Source: Tubiluchus corallicola
Lineage: Eukaryota; Animalia; Priapulida
DNA length: 64,000 nucleotides
Assembly: GCA_030141605.1 (NCBI GenBank)
Contig: JAQGDQ010000869.1
Location: 22,430 to 86,429, forward strand
Direction of reading: 5' to 3'
This document shows positions 12,537 to 34,965 of the stretch, one piece after another. Every line of letters begins with the position of its first letter. Position 1 is the first letter of the stretch. Under the pieces are notes generated by a model. The model saw nothing but the letters and a program-made list of their open reading frames with translations. It searched no databases and had not been told where the DNA came from. Position numbers and translations under genes: made by a program.

Positions 12537-14800
12537 TCACCCGAAGACTGCGCCGCAGTTTGTACACCGTCGTTGTCTCATGGCTAAACAACACAGGATT
12601 CCTATGGGAAAGAAAAGAATGGCACAGCAAATTCCTAAGCAGGTAAAATCGTCTTCAAGGACACCAACCTACAAGGGAGAAAGATCTGTGACTAACAAAT
12701 ACATTATGGAAAAGTAAATCAGCATCACTGAAGACATTCAAGTTATTCTGCAAGGCAATTTTTGCGATCTCTAATCATGAACATTCATGCGCATTGATTA
12801 TTTATCATTTATAATTAATAATTATAATTTATTCATCATCATCATATATGTCACGTCTATTGTAGACATTGGACAGACAGAATTCTAAAATAAAAGAAAT
12901 CCGCCTTAGACAGGTAAACGCAGCAGTAATCCAGCAAGAATCTCGACACTGCTACGCCAGTGGCTTGTCAGCACCACTTCCGATTGTATAATTTATAATT
13001 TAATTTATGCTTCATAAATTATTGATCTTTTGATTTAATAATAATTTATTGATTTTTTTATAATTATTTGATTTGTTAAAATCAAAAGAAGATTAACATG
13101 GATATGACATGTGACAACCAGATTTCAACCAGCCCTACAAAGTTGACTTTCAAAGAGGCAGTGTAGAAAGGAAAGAAACCACAAGAACGACTGCTGCAAA
13201 CTTACATCAGTTTAATCCAAAAACATCTTATCAACACACCATTAGACATCAAAAATACAGAGACATGGAAAGCATGATTGCAAGAGTGATGCCAGAGGAC
13301 ATGTGATTCTAGAAATGAATGAATGAATGGCGACGATGATGATGATGATGATTTTTTTTAAGATTTTTCGTTTATAAATTTCTTCTCAATGTTTAAAAGG
13401 GAACCAAATATACAAATTCTTGACCACGATAATATTTCAAATTCAAAAGAGGACGTGTTGGATTATAAATTAGCATGATAAGTCAGCGTACCCGACACTC
13501 GGGACAACCGCCTACATAGACGACTTGTTGGTAATTCGGTTGAATGATCACGGTGCTTCCAGGCTGTTGTGAATAGGGAATTTGCGGGAGAGCTTGGTAT
13601 CCGCCCGCTGTTCCTTGTTGATAGCCTGTTAAAATTTAAAACTAGACACACTTACAATACTTACAGATATACGATACATAATATATACATTAATACTTTA
13701 ATAAGGAAGTTAAGTAATTTTTCTACTACTGTAAAATCTTTTCTCAGATTCAAAAATTACTATTCTACCTTATGGGTAGTTGCACAGGCAGCAAGAAAGA
13801 CCCTGCTAAAAATACAGTCCGTACTGTAAAAATGTACTATAATAACTAATAGAAATGTGTATCAGTTTATCGGTTTTACCTTGTGGATATCCGTAGTCAG
13901 GAAAGGCATAGGCAGGCGGCTGTTGTTGCGTGGTACCGTACGCCTGAGGGGCTCCTTGGCCTTGAAAACTCTCTCCCTCTATCTAAAACGTGAAATTTAG
14001 TACTTTGGTAAGAACTAACTATGTACGAATCATATAGGTGGATTATTCTTGCATGCAAAAATAACATGTCTTTTAAGAGTTGCTTTCCTAGATACTTATA
14101 TCAAGAAGTAGTCTTCTGTATCAGTAAAAATCAGAACTTATGACATTGTTAAAAAAGAAAAATAACCTAGAGCATTCTCTACTAGAAAAAGTAATTACTG
14201 GCTAAATGCAGTTTTCGTATTTGAGGTATTGTTTGAGGCACGCGCAAGCATGAAACGCATTGATGCGCTTACAAATTTTACTGAATTACTAATAAATTTC
14301 GTTCTAGTAAACCTTAAATTATAAACGAAGAGAGATTCTCTGCAGCTTTGAAGTTTACTTAACACGCTCAATCGTATTATAATCAACACCTTTTATCATC
14401 GATGGAAAACTGAAAAAATTAAAGTTCAGTTAAGGAAAACGAATTTGAAACTGCCCGCAATGCAGAAAGATCCTATTGACAAGGTGGCACAAAATCATAC
14501 CTCAGGCATTCATGATTTTCCAGTATTAAACAGACAGCTGTATAAATAATATGCTAATTAATAAAACCAATTAACAATTAATTAATAGCGCTTATAACCA
14601 ATCAGGTAATCCGAATGCAAAACCAACCAAATTGAAGAAATCACGGTTTCTTAAAATTTTTAACACTAACAGCCACAGAACATCATACGATAACTTGGCA
14701 TGTGGAAACTTGCTGTTGACAACACAATGTTATAAACTGGATCTACCTTTGTGGGATCATACGGAGAATACGGAGGCGGATTTCCTTCATTCTGCGCCAT
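12537..14800 (-). CDS. BRI3: Brain protein I3 (BRI3), 140 aa; exons 14800-14747, 13982-13880, 13625-13492, 12668-12537
   Basis: All introns are GT-AG and in phase. The protein has a Pro/Gln/Tyr-rich N-terminus with PPPY/PPAY motifs, then [53 protein letters not shown], the BRI3 signature. Confidence 0.93.
12850..12981. mobile_element. Short dispersed retroposon-like repeat, copy 2 (BRI3 intron)
   Basis: Closely similar to 35722-35857. Confidence 0.65.
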
Positions 14801-15008
14801 GGTTGTGGGAGGTCACATCAATGACTGCCAATGTATGTAGCTTTTAGCAGTACTTAACAAACAATATATATCCCAGACTATCACTTGTTAATTCTAAAAA
14901 TAACAAACAGATCAATGATCACGATACACACTAATTTTGCAAGCAGCACAATAACTAATTCTGCTGGTTTTCAAATCTGTAGGCACCACAGTCTTAGAAA
15001 TCATAAAA

Positions 15009-15517
15009 TGTGTGCTTGCATAGCAAAATCGTCCATAAGTCGGCAATTAAGCTTTTCTAGTTATTCACATATCCTGAATCTCCATTTCATGAGGATCATT
15101 TTGATACCAAGTTCATCACTCTATGTTATTTCTAAGCTGAGACAATTCATCTTGAAGTTGAGGTTCAGGCTGTGCATTGAAAATCATAACCTTGAGAAAA
15201 TTACTGTTACAGTTAGCCTTTTTTGTCGTATTTCTACTAAACACTAAGCAACTGCACAAATATTGGCTGCTGTGGACTTACTAGCTTCTAAACAGAAAAG
15301 TGGGTAAGGAGTTATAAAATAAAATTTTTAGTGTTTTTTAAACACATTCTTGAAAATTTGATGATAGAACATAAAAGTCCAATATATTTCGCATTTGTTT
15401 TTCTAAAAAAACAAAAAATTGGCATTTGACCCAATTTTTGGCACATTCTACTTTGAAGCATCATAATGTAGTTTTAACTAGGCTGACTTATGGAATGTTT
15501 TGGTTTGCAAGCTCACA
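15009..15517. mobile_element. Non-autonomous DNA element with TGTGCTTGCA TIRs, copy 1
   Basis: tgtgtgcttgca...tgcaagctcaca termini; colinear similarity to 49334-49989. Confidence 0.7.
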
Positions 15518-17103
15518 AATGCAGCTACAAATGAACTTTTTTTTGGATAAAAAATAAATCAAAAGCATGCAAATTTTCCAATTTCTCAACCGATTTAAAG
15601 TCAATGTAAATCGAATAAAATTAGTAGTTGCGCTAGACAGCAATTGCTCTAGCATTCAGTAAACTCTTGCAGACTTGCAATGCTCTTTTTTCTTATCTCA
15701 CTCTCAGTGCCATAAATAGAACGAGCTGCTCAGTGTAATGGGTGTGTAGGATTGTGTACACAGCCTACATGAGACAACAGAGAACACAATACGCTTATGT
15801 ATCACGCTTTTCTGAAAAAAAAAACGAAGTGTAGTCGAAGTAAAACAAAATGTAAAAGCACATTACTCATGACATTAATTAGTCATTACAATTATATAAT
15901 CGAAAGGGAAAGACAGAACTATGCGAAAACTCACATGCGAAGGCGAACAATAAGCTATCATTTTCCTGCCTCCGGTAATCAACGATACAAATAAGAAGTA
16001 ATTATATTATATCAAACTCAGCCAGATTAATTTACAATTTTACTCAATGAATTACCACCAAGTATCAACAACACCGATGACATTTATCATGTGATGCCTG
16101 AGGTTAGAAGTTGAAATTATAGCCTGAAAGGGTTATCGTCAGTTTTACGAGCTTTATTTCTTGTCGGCGACTCGCACAACTCGTTGAACAGACTTTTAGC
16201 GAAGAATGTCTATAATTAACATTGATTTTTATTAGCACTTATACTTCTTACTCTGTCTGCAATAATGGGGTAGCGTAAGGAGTAGCTAAGAGTTGGAACT
16301 TTTAGTTGTAGAGTTCAAGAGGTATAGGGTGTCGTGGCTTGGAAGAATGATAATCTGGAGAAAAACGGTTAAAGTTAATGCCGATTGTATTATTGTGAAA
16401 ACCTTTAGTGTTCTCATATTTATGTATGTTTCATTAGCTTCGCTTGTGTTAAAGTTGGAGCTGAATGTTTAAAGACTGGCCTATTATGCACAACTAATGC
16501 ATAAAGTAGAGTTATTCTGCTGCAGTACTGCAAATCAAACTCATGGCGATTCTTGGAAAAATTTCGTTTATCCCATCATGTCGAAAGGAAAGTCTGTCTC
16601 AGGGATGCAAAAAACGCACACAATTTGTGGCTTCAACGATGAAGCAAATGATTAAAACATTAAAAGAGTAGGGCGCCAAAAGTTCTTCGTCCTCGGGTGA
16701 TACAAACACTTGTTATGCCACTGCAAAGGACTTATAATTGTCATCAAAGGGTTCATCTTGTAGGTGAAATTCTGTTGCAGAAAGTAAAAAAAAGTTGTCA
16801 TGTTATGTCTCAAAGAAAAGATTCGCCTCTTTCGCTTTCAATAATACAAACTATTGGCTTGTTCACAAGACGTGACAAGACCAAGTAACTATAATTATCC
16901 TGTTGGCTGGTGTATCTGAGCATTCCTCTAACAGTCAGATATGCAAGGTTAATATTAACTGTCATACTATTTTACTCATAGAGCTACTGGTAACTTTCAT
17001 CATCGAGTCATACATACCAGTTACAGCTACCAAAATCCTTCATATATTGCTATCCAACAATATTAAAACCTATGTATTTGATTGGTTACTAACGTGCCAA
17101 TTT

Positions 17104-17104
<1 letters not shown>

Positions 17105-17165
<61 letters not shown>
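17105..17165. repeat. (CT)n microsatellite
   Basis: Direct inspection. Confidence 0.95.
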
Positions 17166-17167
<2 letters not shown>

Positions 17168-20150
17168 CAATAAAGTCATTCAAAACCTAATTCCGTCTTT
17201 TCTGTCGCATGGTTCCGACCCATGCTAAGTGTATGGTGTTTGGTTACTGTGGATAAGCATTGTCTTATAACAAATTTCAGTCCCAGCTCTTGGCTTATTG
17301 TAGAAGACGTTCATTTTTGCTGTCTGGGTTTGGTTGATCCTGAGCTATAAGGTTCGCTTGCTTTTTATTTGTTTGGAATTTTGCTTTTCTTCATGAGCTA
17401 ATATGAGCTAATAGTTGTGCAATATGCATCTTTATTTGTAGTCAGTTTCATTACAAGGCGACGTTTATTAAATCCTTGTTCAGTGCAGAAGAAAAGTAAA
17501 AAACTTTAAAAGCATAAATTTTCAAGTTTAAAAGAGGCAAAGAAGTAAGTTAAATTTAGTTATTACATTAACATGGCTTTCAAATCAGGTAAAGGACAAG
17601 TTACAAATTAGCATGTGATCATTAACATGCAGACTGAGCGAAGTTAGCATCAGAGATTAACATCAATATTCAATCATCAAAGAATCAGCATTCTTAGTCC
17701 ATTCTTCATTAACTAAGCAAAAGTTTAAATTGCTTTATTTTGTGAATAAGATAACAAAAGTAAGAGCTGACCTTATGAAACATTTGATAGGTTATCATGG
17801 CCCTGTTTTACAAAAAGCAAATCACGCTCGCGTTTTAAAACGAAAATGAAAATCATATTAATTGTAATATTTTATATGCTACATAACTTTTATTGCACAA
17901 TTTTTTACTTTCATTATTGGAATATTTTTTTATTTATTTTAGTAAATTTGACTTTTATGGCCAGCCATATCGTGAAAATGATGTAAAGTATCTTTTACAA
18001 AAATTTCATCATTTACTAACACATTCGTTTTCTATTTTATTTTTATTTATATTTGCTAAAGTATATTCTGTATTATATGTATGAATGTAATATTTTTATT
18101 GCAGTAGAGTTTAATTGCACTGTCGTTTTATCAGATGGACCAAATATTTTAAATTAATAAGAATTTTCCATATCAATAACATAAGTCTTTCTAACAGGTA
18201 AGCGTAGTACTAAGCAGTATGACTTTGTTCGGGAAGATCTTTGGGATATAATTATATTTAAAATTCATTTTTCTTCCCCTTAGAAATGTATCCACACTCT
18301 CGAAAATGAACGATCCACTAGTACAACCTAATTTGATAAGCATGTGCCTTAACGATGGTGATGTATTGATAATGAGAATGATGATGACAATGATAGTGAA
18401 GGTGATCTGAGCAGTGGTGTGTGTGAAAAAAAAACTGTTGCACTGACAAGGCAGCGAGTCCTTGGCAAAAAGAAGCGGATGTACAAAATTGCAATGCGGG
18501 GGAAAGGCTCCCGTCTTGAAACTTTGCATACCGCAGCAAGCGAAAATTAGAAACCGCTGAGGCATTTTTTGAAGTCTTAATTTTGTTATTACACTGCGCA
18601 AGGCGACGTATATTTTACTTGTTGAATTTGGGTAATCTTTTCAAACTCAATCTTAGTCGGTCACTTTGCCTGGATTCATTTAGTTAAGTCTGTGCTCGCT
18701 ACACTCACCAACTCATGATATAATAATTATTAATATACTGTTCGAATGTCTCGAAGACTAGACTGATTGCCGTCAATCATAGAGAGTGACTAGGTCAAAA
18801 GATGATTAATATTTTCATTAACTTTCACGTCACCCCAACAGTGTCTCTGAAATTTGCATTTTTGGAGATATTGTGGCACCGTAGGATGCAGACTATGCAA
18901 ATGCAATTTTTGCAAACACGTAGAGTCGCAAACGCGTAACAATATGAATTTTTGTATAAAATGAGAACAGTTGTGACTTATAATTTGATTTAAATGACTG
19001 TGAGACTGTAACAAAGCTGTCAGACTGCGTCTGAGTTTTGTCCAGCATTCTGTGATGTAATTTTTTGGTATTTAGGCTTACCCGAAGTAAAACTGTTAGT
19101 CTTAGAACCTTGCACGTATCTTATGTAAGATTTTCAGTAAAGTCTCATTTATAGCAGGGTACAAATTTTTATTGCCGGCTCTCCGGAAAAATTACTCAAG
19201 AACAGCCATAAGTTGTGTACACCGGCCCCAGTGGCCAGTAAACCAAGCTTGCCATGTTTCAGCTCACTTTATTTATGCTTGAATATTACAAGATTCAGTA
19301 TAGCACAATAAATCAATTCACCAGGCCTCACTAAACAATAATAATAGACAATAGCAACAGAACAATGTGAGAGGCCTGGACGAAATGTACAGTTTTAATG
19401 ATAAAAATGGAATTGCACAAAATAAATTTTTGTTGTAGCAAATCCTCCTGCTTTTATGAATCGTGTTTCATTAATAGTTCAGAAAATATCTACTTGACAT
19501 CTACAGAATAGCCAGTGATTGAAATTTTGGCACAAATATTTCACATTACTGTACCATAGGCTGCACAATGGTCTGTAACACAACAAATAACAACAAAAAT
19601 GAATTCATCTTTGCAACACTACACGTTTACTACGAATTAATGAAAGCTTGTATCTTTTCCAAGTCAATGTACACGTAGTTAGCAGTGTACCACTTACTCA
19701 AAATTGCAATGTCTCCAGCACAGTTTAAATTGATCTGGTTGTATAAGTGGCATCTAAATATGAAATCACAAAAGTTTTCACTCGTACACGAGTGTACTGA
19801 TAGCATGACAGCCGAAAAATAAAAAGATCTTGTTTGGGAGTTTTTATGATAATGACTTGAATGAGGAATTTACTGTTAAGTATAGGTTAGGCAGAAGTAG
19901 GCGTATAAGGAAAAATGTGCTATGTAATGTTATCAGATTGCTACACAAACTTATTTTTGTATAGATTGTCTCTGCACATTGGAAAAAATGGGGACAATCG
20001 ATTTTTGTGAGAACAGGCAGATTTTTTTTAGCTGCCTATCCCCAATTCAGGCAGAAAAAATGGTAAATTAGCTCCCTGCATAATGAAGATGTGAATGTAT
20101 ATTGACTTAGCTTTTGTGTAACATTTTGTGATTCTTTTAGAAACCTGATC

Positions 20151-28107
<7,957 letters not shown>

Positions 28108-28554
28108 AGTGCGGCGTGGAAGCAACGCCGTCTTTACTTTTTCTTTTTGTGGTGTTATCTTAAGAGCTTTTCTTAACGTGGTCAAGATTGCCTTCTTTAG
28201 TTATGTGAGTAACTTGTAAAGATTATACGTGTATGTTATTCATCCTGTTACAATTATCTGATCTTATTCTATGTTTGCTATAAAATGCCTGAATGCATGA
28301 ACACAAATTCCGAATTCGTACAGATAAAGTTATAATGTCGGAGTAATGTGAATCGGTTGTGGATCTGTCGTTCCGTGTTGTTTCGCTAATATATCAGTGG
28401 AGAAATTGAAGAAATGACACTTGGTGGCGGAAATTGTTTCGGTGGGGAAAACTGTGAAATGATGTGGCTTTAGGAAAACTGTAAAATGTTGTGGCTTTAG
28501 GAAAACTGTGAAATGATGTGACAGTAGAAAAATTGCTTTACTTGTTCTAATGAA

Positions 28555-29325
28555 GCACATGTCCTGGTGACTCAGCTATTCCATGTAACTAAAAATGGTG
28601 GCAATAAATCACCTATCCATCCCATCCATTTGGTGTTGCTTAACTTGTTCCAGTCAAGCTCATACCTTGATCACTCAGCTACTCCACGTGACCCACATCA
28701 TGGGCCATGGCAATAAATCACCCATCCATCCTATCCGTTTGGTGTTGCTTTACTTGCGCAGTCAAACACGTGTCCTGATAACTCAGCTATTCCACGTGAC
28801 CCAAATCATGGAAATAAATCACCTATCCATCCTATCCACTTGGTGTTGCTTTACTTGTCCTAGTCAAGCACATACCTTCATCACTAAGCTATTTCATGTG
28901 ACAAAAATCATGGCAATAAATCACTCATCCATGCTATCCATTTGCTGATGCTTAACTTGTGCATTCAGGCACATGCTTTGATCACACAGCGATACCCGGG
29001 ACATGGTCTAAATCATGGCAATAAATTACCCATCCATCCTACCCATGTGGTGTTGCTTAACTTATGCAGTCAACCACGTACCTTGATCACTCAGCTATTT
29101 CATGCAACACAAAGCATGGCAATAAATAACCCATCCATTCTATCCGTTTGATGTTGCTTAACTTGTACAGTCAGGCACATCCCCTGACCACACAGCTATA
29201 CCCGGGACATGGTCCAAATCATGGCAATAAATCACCCATCCATTCTATCCATTTGGTGTTGCTTAACTTGTACAGTCAGGCACATGTCCTGACCACCCAG
29301 CTGTCCCACGGACGTGGCAATTAAT
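28555..29325. repeat. Degenerate ~90-bp tandem repeat
   Basis: Recurrent atggcaataaatcacccatccatcctatccatttggtgttgcttaacttg motif, about 8 copies. Confidence 0.85.
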
Positions 29326-29882
29326 CACTGAGGCACTAAAATTTCCTCGTGTTACTTTCATAAAAGATAGATAGCCTAGAGCAGCTAAGATTAAAACTCG
29401 TTTTTTTTTCGTGAATCAATGGTGCACACTGGGAAGGTGAGTCAGTGAAATTTTACCAGTTGTCGTGAACATTTTAAATTACTAAGAATGTCTTTTTCCC
29501 TTACATAAGTCTTTCAGGCAGGTAAGGGTGATGCAAAGTAATGTGACTTTGTGTGGAAAGCTTGTTCGCATGTACCGTAAAATTTCCTTTTATTAACCTT
29601 TAATTTGTATTTTTGGGGACCAAGAAATGTGTCACGAGTTTCGCGAAATGCGGGTTAGATTATTGCATAACTTTTATGAGTATATAAGTACGCAACAAGT
29701 GTTTGAGATATGATGCATGATAACTCAAAATCTAAATTACTCAGTTTCAACCTGAGTAGAAGTAACTGCGTCACATGATTAACTCTTCAAATCATTTTTA
29801 TAGTGTGAACGTTTCAGTGTGAACGTATGTCTAGTCTAGATTTCAGTGTTCACTAATCTTGTAGCGTAACAGCAGCTCTAAG

Positions 29883-30618
29883 TAAGGGTGAGCATTCTCT
29901 AGCAGAAAGCGAATTCGAATCGAATCAAATTCGAGTTGAGCTGGAAAGATTTTCGAACAAGTTTTCGAACCAGCAGTAAAAGTTAGCGTATGTGTTTGAA
30001 GTGCTGAATTATCCATAATCTATAGTTTTAGGTTCGAATCGAATTCGAACTGAAAAAACTCGTTTGAATTCAAGAATTCGATTAGAATGTTCGAACTTGA
30101 ACGTTCAATACTCACTGCGAATCAAATTTGAGTTGAGATTGAAAGATTTTCGAACAAGTTTTCGAACCAGCAGTAAAAGTTAGCGTATGTGTTTGAAGTG
30201 CTGAATTATCCAGAATCTATAGTTTTAGGTTTGACTCGAATTCAAACTGAAAAAACTTGTTCAAATTCGATTCAAATGTTCGAAGTTCGATACTCACTGC
30301 GAATCAAATTCGAGTTGAGATTGAAAGATTTTCGAACCACCAGTAAGAATTAGTCTTGCAAAAGTCATACATATTAAAAGACTTTGCATTAAAACTGCCG
30401 TAATTCTGCAGTAAAACCACGAATAATTTGTTTAAAAATTGTGCACAGAAATCACAGCTAAATTACGCTAATTGCATAATGTCTCAATTATTTTGTTGAT
30501 AAAGAACGCATGTGATTGAAATGCTGAATTATTCGAACCTATAGTTTTAGGTTCGAATCAAATTCAAACTGAAAAAACTTGTTCAAATTCGATTCGAACG
30601 TTCGATACTCAGCCCCTG
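29883..30618 (+). mobile_element. TTCGAA-rich hAT-like non-autonomous element with internal ~180-bp duplications
   Basis: Termini TAAGGGTGAGCATT...ATACTCAGCCCCTG with CTAAG on both flanks; many TTCGAA subterminal motifs. Confidence 0.7.
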
Positions 30619-31359
30619 TCCTAAGTCATTATGTCAATGTGAAGTGTTAATAAGTTGTTTCAGTTGTATCAACTCTTTAGCTATATGAGTTCTGACTACT
30701 AACTTCACCTTGCTGTATCTGGTTAAACTTTCTATATAGTTCATAACTATTATCAACCTTTTGCCATGCTTATCGTTATTATCATTATCTAGAATGAGCA
30801 AGCGGTGCAAGTTAGTACAACTATAGTAGAATTCTTGTGTCTGCCGGTAATACGTGTGCCAGTTAATATAATTGTAACAGTGTGTTACGATACATAGTAT
30901 ATGACGCCATGATCATGTGACTCGACTACAGCGGTTGGATTACAATGATGAAAGCTGATTTACTTTGTAAGCATTTCTTTAGATTATGTTTGAGCACCAT
31001 CCATAATTGCAACACAGTGGAATTGATCCAGTTGTAATCAATCGAAACGAGCCTTACGATAGTTTAAATGCACTTAAAACTTTGAAATACAGGGATATTG
31101 TTGAGTGGGAAATGATCGTAGAATAATATATAATAATGTCGTCAGTTATGAATGAATGTTTAATGTTGATTGAACCGCTTCTGTAGTGAGTCTAGTCTTT
31201 GTAAGGTTGCATTAAGATGTTAAATATTGAGTATATTCAATTATTTATGTGTAGCTATTTGTGTAGCTTATTGCCAGCGAAGTTTTTATGTATTTACTAT
31301 CTAAACCTCACTGTGGAAAATTTTCATTCTGAAGTACATATGACGTCTGAATAGTAAAA

Positions 31360-31708
31360 GAGATTCTGTTAGAATGAGCACAAATTGTGCGTGTTTGAAC
31401 AAAAGCTGTGATTCTATTAGAATGAGCACAAATTGTGCGTGTTTGAACAAAAGCTGTGATTCTATTAGAATGAGCACAAATTGTGCATGTTTGATCAAAA
31501 GCTGTGATTCTATTAGAATGAGCACAAATTGTGCGTGTTTGAACAAAAACTGTGATTCTATTAGTTGATTCTATTAGTACGAGCACAAATTGTGCGTGTT
31601 TAAACAAAAACTGTGATTCTATTAGTACGAGCACAAATTGTGCGTGTTTAAACAAAAACTGTGATTCTATTAGAATGAGCACAAATTGTGCATGTTTGAA
31701 CAAAAACT
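31360..31708. repeat. 48-bp minisatellite, about 7 copies
   Basis: Unit gattctattagaatgagcacaaattgtgcgtgtttgaacaaaagctgt. Confidence 0.93.
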
Positions 31709-32290
31709 ATGTCCAGGTGTTGAAAGTGTAACAGCACGTGCACACTAGCAAGCTTTCTCTGCGATAGCAAATTCGCAAGTGTGAACCGCTTTGCGAGTTA
31801 CTTTCGGTAATTTATTGCGAACTCTTCAACAGTTACTGGGTGTTGATTTACTGTCTAGTGTGAACATCTTGGAGAGTTACTCTCTACACTTCTCCCGGTG
31901 AATTGAGAAGTGAGTGTCAGCTCACAGTTACTGACGGAGAGTAACTCACAACAATTTTTTTTGCTCTAGTCTGAACACGCTTGCAAGTTACTTGACGAGA
32001 AAACTCACTAGTTTGAATGTGTCATTATTGACTAAAATTGTCTTTACAAATTCTGTCTTTGAACAATTGTATATTATCTTCACTGAACTGCTTTGATAAT
32101 ATCATTTTTGTTGAATTTGTTGAGATTACAATGCACTGCAAAACCGTAAGGGAACGATTATTGTTATTATTTATGTGATTATTTAATAATATTGTTGTTG
32201 TTGATGTAAGTACAGTGCTTGGTGGTTTGCTTTGGTTATTGAACAACTGTGTAATGCAGCACTTTACCTGAACATCCATAATTTTAACTA

Positions 32291-32460
32291 CGGTCAAGCT
32301 TGGGTATTAAAGACACTCACTTATAAGGGACCCCCAACACCAGTCCCGATTTTTCATCGCGTTTTTCCTAAGTAAAAATCTTGGTATATAAGGTACTCGG
32401 ATATAAGGGACTTTCGGTTATAAGGGACGATATCTTCAGGGTATTAGAAACCCAGGTAAT
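32291..32460 (+). mobile_element. Truncated Tc1/pogo-like MITE (same family as 47408-47897)
   Basis: Shares gtatataaggtactcggatataagggactttcggttataagg with 47516-47560. Confidence 0.7.
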
Positions 32461-32516
32461 TGTGTGGTATCACATGGTGTATGATATCGTACAGAAATTC
32501 GTCGTTTTTATCGTTC

Positions 32517-32636
32517 AAGCCTACAGCACCTGGTATTCCTAGGCGGTCACACATCCAAGCACTAACGAGGCTCTATATTGCTTAACTTCGGTGATGCGAC
32601 AAGAACCGGTGTTTTCAACGTGATTACGGTGTGCTA
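32517..32636 (-). pseudogene. Dispersed 5S rRNA pseudogene
   Basis: The reverse complement aligns along the full ~120-nt 5S rRNA (...TCACGTTGAAAACACCGGTTCT...CACCGAAGTTAAGCAA...GGATGTGTGACCGCCTAGGAATACCAGGTGCTGTAGGCTT) with several substitutions. It is a solo copy with no oligo-T terminator. Confidence 0.85.
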
Positions 32637-32739
32637 TAATGTGTCTGATAACAGAGGAAGTCAAAGGTGAGGCACAAAATAGACTGTTATCATTCAAAGT
32701 TTTATTTCGCATAAGGTGTTACACTAAACTGCTGTGCCG

Positions 32740-33175
32740 TACTGAACTGTACTGCATTGTATTGTATTGTACAGTATGGTATTTCATTGTGTCAGTCTAT
32801 ACTGTTGTGTTATGCACTGTACTGTACTGCATTGTATTGTATTGTATTATATTGTATTGTATTGTATTGTATTGTATTGTATTGTATTGTCTCGTAGGGC
32901 ACAGTATGGTATTTCGATGCATCATTCTATACTGTTGTGTCATGCACTGTACTGTACTGCATTGTATTGTATAGTATTGCATTGTATTGTATTGCATTGC
33001 ATTGTATCCTATTGTACAGTATGGTATTTCATTGTATTATTGTATATTGTTGTGTTATGCACTGTACTGTATTGTATTGTATTGCATTGCATTGCATTGT
33101 ATTGTATTGTATTGTATTGCATTGTATTGTAATGCACTGTACTGTAATGTAGTGTATCATCTTGTATTGTATTGA
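32740..33175. repeat. (ATTGT)n pentanucleotide satellite with higher-order duplication
   Basis: Direct inspection. Confidence 0.95.
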
Positions 33176-34485
33176 TTTGTTTTATTCATAATCTTATGAT
33201 TGCTAAGTATACACAATTTTTAGTTTAAAAGCAAAAATGAACTTTGTGGTTTGCACAGTTTTTTATCAGATTTAGAAACTTGCGAAATAAATGGGCTGTT
33301 ACTCATTTTGATGCGCGGACATTTTTGCATTAAACGAGGTGAAGTTTTGTATTAATTATAATAATAATGCATTCAATTTTTGATAATTTAATGAACCTGT
33401 TGTGTCATGTGTTAGGGGTAGAACAGTATTGTGTGTGTTCCATCCAGCCAGTCGGTCAAAAACCCCAGCCAAGCCATGCTGTTCTGCGGTAGCATGTCTT
33501 GGTCCCAAAACTAATTTGGGTTGCTGGATGTTTTAGTTATTGATTTTTTGTGCGCAGTGATTTGCAGCTGTGAAAATTGTCTTTCTGTAGGAGAGATTTT
33601 ACCAATTGTAGTTAAGTCCCTGGCGAGGGTAGATGATTATGCTACTTCGGGAACATTGTGAGGGTGGTTTTTAAAACTTTGCACGCATAAATTGCAGTGG
33701 GTGGTTTCGAGAAAAGTTGACACCTTGTATGTTCTTATTGTAGTCTTAAGAATATAGTAAATAAACTTATTTATACGCTGTTTATTATATGTTCTGAGTG
33801 AGGTGCAGTATCATTTTACTCATATAAACAATGACGTCTATCTTTTTGTAATTGTTATGAATCATGGCATCCGTCAGACCATGCTTAAAACGTTGTTGAT
33901 AGTAATACCTTGTGGAAGTTGGAATTGTACATTGTAGTTAGGTGCTGCCATCTATGTACTAATCTTGTTACATACTACCAGCTGACTTACCTTCAGTATA
34001 ATTGTATGGTCCAGTGAATACATATGCACTGGTCCTCTCCCTATCTAACATCAATGGTTGTAGTGAAGCCTGTGCAACTCTGCATAGGTCAAGTTCTACA
34101 CCTGTATACTGACTGTGAAACAGGTTTCGCTGACTGTTTTTGCTTTCTAGTTTACTCAATGTTCAGTGCAGCAGTTTTGCTACTCATGTTTTCTGTAGTT
34201 CAATAAACACTTTTTCGTTGTGTGCAGTGCTAATATTTATTATAGATAGTTCATATTCATACTTCTCTGTGCCTAAACTCAGTCATAACAAAGTGACTAG
34301 ACAACAACTTTCACATACCTATTATCTTTCCTGTTCACTATAGGTAATCTGTTTTACTGCTTGCCCATCATCCCTCAAAATCAAATACTGCCTGTGGGAA
34401 AAATTAAACCCTTAGATTGTAATTGTACTCCTTTGCTGCGAAAGTGCTTCATTCCTCGAGTCAGCTACCTCTGCTGTGCATTATA

Positions 34486-34965
34486 CAACTGCAAGTAGTG
34501 CAATTACACTCTTGCATAGTTTTCTTAACTCGCCCCTAGATGGCAGTCAAGTACGACTGCAAGTAGTGCAATTACACACACACTTGCATTGTTTTCTTAA
34601 CTTGCCCCTAGATGGCAGTCAAGTACAACTGCAAGAAGTGCAATTACACACTTGCATTGTTTTCTTAACTCGCCCCTAGATGGCAGTCAAGTACAACTGC
34701 AAGAAGTGCAATTACACACTTGCATTGTTTTCTTAACTCGCCCCTAGATGGCTGTCAAGTACGACTGCAAGTAGTGCAATTACACACACACTTGCATTGT
34801 TTTCTTAACTCGCCCCTAGATGGCAGTCAAGTACGACTGCAAGTAGTCAATTACTCACTTGCATTGTTTTTTTAACTCGCCTCTAGATGGCAGTCTAGTA
34901 CGACTGCAAGTAGTGCAATTACACACTTGCATTATTTTTTAACTCGCCCCTAGATGGCAGTCAAA
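34486..34965. repeat. 67-72-bp minisatellite, 7 copies, each with a CTCF-like core
   Basis: GCCCCTAGATGGCAG, or a one-base variant, occurs with its TAG at 34537, 34609, 34677, 34745, 34817, 34884 and 34951. Confidence 0.9.

Noticed and set aside
32517-32636. Functional 5S rRNA gene
   Set aside because: Solo copy with multiple substitutions, a disrupted terminal stem and no oligo-T terminator.
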